1,473 nucleotides of DNA from Naegleria gruberi (Eukaryota), in the NCBI GenBank assembly GCA_000004985.1, contig GG739413.1; one strand, 5' to 3'. Both the position numbers and the translations under genes were made by a program. A model generated the notes under the pieces. That model did not search any database and had not been told where the DNA came from. It saw only the letters and a program-made list of their open reading frames with translations. Within the stretch, counting starts at the first letter, position 1, and each line of letters opens with the position of its first letter. Positions 1-1,473 of the stretch are shown here, piece after piece.

Positions 1-105
1 TTATTTGTAGAATGGTTAGATGATTCACCTGATGTTGGATTCTGTATTAATAACAAATTTAACAAATGGCTTCCATATCCCAGACCATCTTCTATTACCA
101 AATAG
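1..105 (+). CDS. Possible 3'-terminal coding exon fragment. Frame 1 is open from the window edge to TAG at 103-105 and reads ...LFVEWLDDSPDVGFCINNKFNKWLPYPRPSSITK*. Product unknown.
   Basis: Thirty-four sense codons run without a stop from position 1 and end at TAG 103-105. The T-rich stretch ttatttgtag at 1-10 ends in AG and could be a 3' splice acceptor, placing the exon start at 11. Amino-acid composition is diverse (W, D, P, G, C, K, R, Y). No recognisable domain. The overlapping minus-strand frame, 176 down to 1, is also open, so the strand call is ambiguous. Confidence 0.2.
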   Translation, partial: LFVEWLDDSPDVGFCINNKFNKWLPYPRPSSITK

Positions 106-420
106 CTATATGGACATCCAACGTGAACGTGTACGATGATGAAGCCAAATAGAGGTAATGGTAGACAAATATTCAGCTAAATCCACCATCCGAATACATC
201 ACAAAAGCAAACAAATAATTACAAAACATCAGAAAGATTATTCAATGCTGTTGCTAATGGAGATTGTCTTGGAAAGCGAACAACTAGACAGAATTATTCA
301 CTCTGATAAATCTTCTAATTAAACTTCTATTTCCATTATCACCAACCCCCTATCAAACCGTAGGGATTTTTTGACCAAATTTTCGACCTCCCTCCCCAAT
401 ACCGTAATTATGACAAGCTC

Positions 421-510
421 CCTAATAAAGCAACCTCTTCAATGAAGAAGATGACCATCTTGTGGATGAAAAACCTCTCTAACAAGAAGAGATGAAGAGG
501 AAACCTCGCT
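421..510. repeat. Imperfect direct repeat of an AACCTCT...AAGAAGA(G)ATGA unit, with a third truncated copy (AAACCTCGCT).
   Basis: aacctcttcaatgaagaagatga at 432-454 and aacctctctaacaagaagagatgaaga at 472-497 align at roughly 80% identity with one indel. AACCTC recurs again at 502-507. The three copies are spaced about 40 and 30 nt apart. The region is partly purine-rich (GAA) and low complexity. Confidence 0.3.
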
Positions 511-660
511 GATGATCCTGAGGGTACTTCCAACTTGACAAATACAATAATAGTAATATTTTTGCCATCTCTCCAATCCAATAATCATGTTGAATCAACT
601 CCATACATTCTTGCTGTTGCTTTATATTCAATATAGATGATATACTTGATGATGTTGATG

Positions 661-669
661 CAGGTGAGT
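661..669 (+). other. Near-consensus 5' splice donor CAG|GTGAGT. The exon would end at 663 and the intron begin at 664.
   Basis: caggtgagt matches the eukaryotic donor consensus MAG|GTRAGT at every position. It is followed by a T-rich stretch (gttattgtattttttt), as is usual for plant introns. Confidence 0.35.
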
Positions 670-920
670 TGTTATTGTATTTTTTTAAGATTCCTTAAAT
701 GAACCTTAATACAATACTGACTCCAACTGACAAGAATAAGTGCTTCCGCTCCTACAAAGAATATTCAATATTACCCACTTTATATTTAATAAATTATACA
801 ATATCTTGATAATTATATGAACAATATATGATTTTTATTGTCGGAATCATCACTAAATCATGCTACCCATCCAGAAATATCAAAGGGTACATTTCAATAT
901 CACTCTATTGTATGAAAGTG

Positions 921-927
921 TATAAAA
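921..927 (+). promoter_or_regulatory. TATA box (TATAAAA).
   Basis: Canonical TATAAAA sits about 30-35 nt upstream of a C/A-rich pyrimidine-containing patch (931-985) and about 60 nt upstream of the telo-box. This spacing is consistent with a TSS near 950-960 and a telo-box in the proximal 5'UTR. Confidence 0.35.
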
Positions 928-930
928 CTC

Positions 931-991
931 ACCCAAACCCCACCAACCCAAACCCAAAAATAGAATTCTTCTAAACCCAACCTTCAAACCC
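931..991 (+). repeat. Cluster of degenerate Arabidopsis-type telomere-like units (AAACCC / AACCC / CTAAACCC), an interstitial telomeric-like sequence.
   Basis: Five units lie within 57 bp: AAACCC at 935-940, 950-955, 973-978 and 986-991, and AACCC at 945-949. ctaaaccc at 971-978 is a circular permutation of the plant telomere unit CCCTAAA. C-strand orientation is on the + strand. Confidence 0.5.
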
Positions 992-1001
992 TAGCCCAAA
1001 A
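986..1001 (+). promoter_or_regulatory. Telo-box (AAACCCTA, Up2) fused to a site II / Up1-like element (AGCCCAAAA, the reverse orientation of TGGGCT).
   Basis: aaaccctagcccaaaa places AAACCCTA at 986-993 and AGCCCA at 993-998, which is the reverse complement of the site II motif TGGGCY. AGCCCAAAA closely resembles Up1 (GGCCCAWWW). In Arabidopsis, telo-box plus site II pairs are characteristic of ribosomal-protein, translation and cell-cycle gene promoters and 5' leaders (Tremousaygue et al. 2003). The pair are the Up2 and Up1 motifs of Tatematsu et al. 2005 (genes up-regulated on axillary bud outgrowth). TCP and TRB/Pur-alpha factors are thought to bind them. Confidence 0.5.
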
Positions 1002-1255
1002 TTATAAACTTATTCAAATATCATTAAATTTTATATCATTCCATAGCTAATGATGAGTAGAAAAACGTGTTATATTTAGTTTTTCAATTTATAAAATATT
1101 AACTTTGTAAATAGTGTCAGATTAAAATTTGTAAAATGAAACTATAGGAAGAATGATAATTTCAAAATCGTTTAATGAGATTATATAGTCTATATCATCG
1201 TTAACAACATTCATAATCACTTTCATATAAAATTTCAAAAGTTCATGTCTGTAGA

Positions 1256-1262
1256 TATAAAA
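1256..1262 (+). promoter_or_regulatory. Second TATA-like element (TATAAAA, inside gatataaaag).
   Basis: tataaaa at 1256-1262 lies about 185 nt upstream of ATG 1442. This offers an alternative core promoter for the putative downstream gene. It sits in extremely AT-rich DNA, where TATA-like strings arise by chance. Confidence 0.15.
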
Positions 1263-1441
1263 GTATCAAGTGAAAAGGGAAGTTGTGAGGTACAATAGGT
1301 CAACTATAACTTTTGAGTTTCTCATCTAAACATATTGAATCCTGACATGAAAATGTTCCATTTGATGAGTACATATCGAATATCAAATTTATTTTAACTT
1401 TCATATTTACAGATTTCTTCCCTCAACCATCATGGTCAACT

Positions 1442-1473
1442 ATGATGAAAAGGATGAAATCTGAAAAAGGACC
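1442..1473 (+). CDS. Possible 5' end of a + strand CDS (MMKRMKSEKG...) that runs off the window. Product unknown.
   Basis: ATGATGAAAAGGATGAAATCTGAAAAAGGACC is open to the window end, with A at -3. It lies 30 nt downstream of the candidate acceptor at 1412. Against it: the unspliced frame is already open from 1346, and an ATG at 1432 in another frame (MVNYDEKDEI*) has a stronger context (A at -3, G at +4). Confidence 0.15.
   Translation, partial: MMKRMKSEKG

Larger units (their letters stand above)
664..1412 (+). other. Candidate 749-nt intron on the + strand (GT...AG), possibly a 5'UTR intron.
   Basis: A strong donor at 664-669 pairs with a strong acceptor, ttttaactttcatatttacag| ending at 1412. 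The acceptor is T-rich over the last 20 nt and ends in CAG. The interval is very AT-rich and no frame stays open across it. Splicing with the exon-1 end in phase 1 gives a frame that stays open into ATG 1442. Caveat: the interval contains the TATA, telo-box and site II motifs, so some or all of these signals may be coincidental. Confidence 0.22.

Noticed and set aside
143-322. A 60-codon + strand ORF (Met at 158: MVDKYSAKSTIRIHHKSKQIITKHQKDYSMLLLMEIVLESEQLDRIIHSDKSSN*) and an overlapping 41-codon frame-1 run at 181-303.
   Set aside because: Several stop-free runs of this length are expected by chance in a window of this size and AT content, on either strand. The translation is low-complexity and K/I/S-rich, with no recognisable motif. 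The two overlapping frames being open together suggests compositional bias rather than coding.
377-395. A tRNA T-loop-like TTCGA in aaattttcgacctccctcc.
   Set aside because: No GGTTCGA context, no acceptor-stem complementarity and no A-box/B-box spacing. It cannot be folded into a cloverleaf by eye.
386-404. A Stowaway-MITE-like terminus, CTCCCTCC, inside gacctccctccccaatacc.
   Set aside because: It lacks the flanking TA target-site duplication, the rest of the Stowaway TIR consensus (CTCCCTCCGT...) and any matching inverted copy (GGAGGGAG) within a few hundred bp. Only a weak gaggg lies at 519-523.
424-429. AATAAA as a polyadenylation signal for the putative upstream gene.
   Set aside because: It is plausible by position, about 320 nt after the TAG. 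But AATAAA-like hexamers occur many times by chance in AT-rich DNA and plant poly(A) signals are degenerate. It is not supportable without transcript data.
246-621. An exact 10-mer, tgctgttgct, present at 246-255 and 612-621, both near ttcaat.
   Set aside because: A single exact 10-mer pair in 1.5 kb of compositionally biased sequence is about what chance predicts. There is no extended similarity around either copy.
647-720. A C/D-box snoRNA candidate: TGATGA at 647-652 with CTGA 73 nt downstream at 717-720. Other ATGATGA strings occur at 136-142, 1050-1056 and 1442-1448.
   Set aside because: There is no complementary terminal stem flanking the C and D boxes. The base before the 647 box is T, not the purine of RUGAUGA. 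The other ATGATGA strings either have no D box or have it at an implausible spacing (12 nt or more than 170 nt). GATGA is simply frequent in this sequence.
1-1473. Prokaryotic-style content: a defense island, CRISPR array, operon with RBS, or integron/att sites.
   Set aside because: No direct repeat-spacer periodicity, no Shine-Dalgarno plus ORF arrangements and no long ORFs. Splice consensus sites, telo-box/site II motifs and the base composition indicate eukaryotic (plant-like) nuclear DNA instead.

Overview
The window is AT-rich and reads as eukaryotic nuclear DNA, most likely plant. Three things point that way: degenerate Arabidopsis-type telomere units (AAACCC/CCCTAAA), a canonical telo-box (AAACCCTA) fused to a site II / Up1-like AGCCCAAAA element, and near-consensus GT-AG splice signals (CAG|GTGAGT donor, T-rich ...TTTACAG| acceptor). 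I found no prokaryotic operon structure, CRISPR array, rRNA, tRNA or clear transposon. Most of the window looks non-coding. One coherent reading has four parts. (i) A frame open from position 1 to a TAG at 103-105, possibly the last coding exon of an upstream + strand gene. (ii) An intergenic/promoter region carrying a TATA box at 921-927, a pyrimidine/CA-rich patch with five AAACCC units at 931-991, and a telo-box + site II composite at 986-1001. This arrangement is typical of promoters and 5'UTRs of translation-machinery and proliferation genes in Arabidopsis-like genomes. (iii) A candidate 749-nt intron, 664-1412. (iv) A possible CDS start, ATGATGAAAAGG..., at 1442 that runs off the window. 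This gene model has internal conflicts, namely upstream ATGs and regulatory motifs that would lie inside the candidate intron, so each element carries low to moderate confidence. All open frames of 40-60 codons elsewhere are within chance expectation for this base composition. Nothing here looks like a novel multi-gene system. The most interesting content is cis-regulatory.
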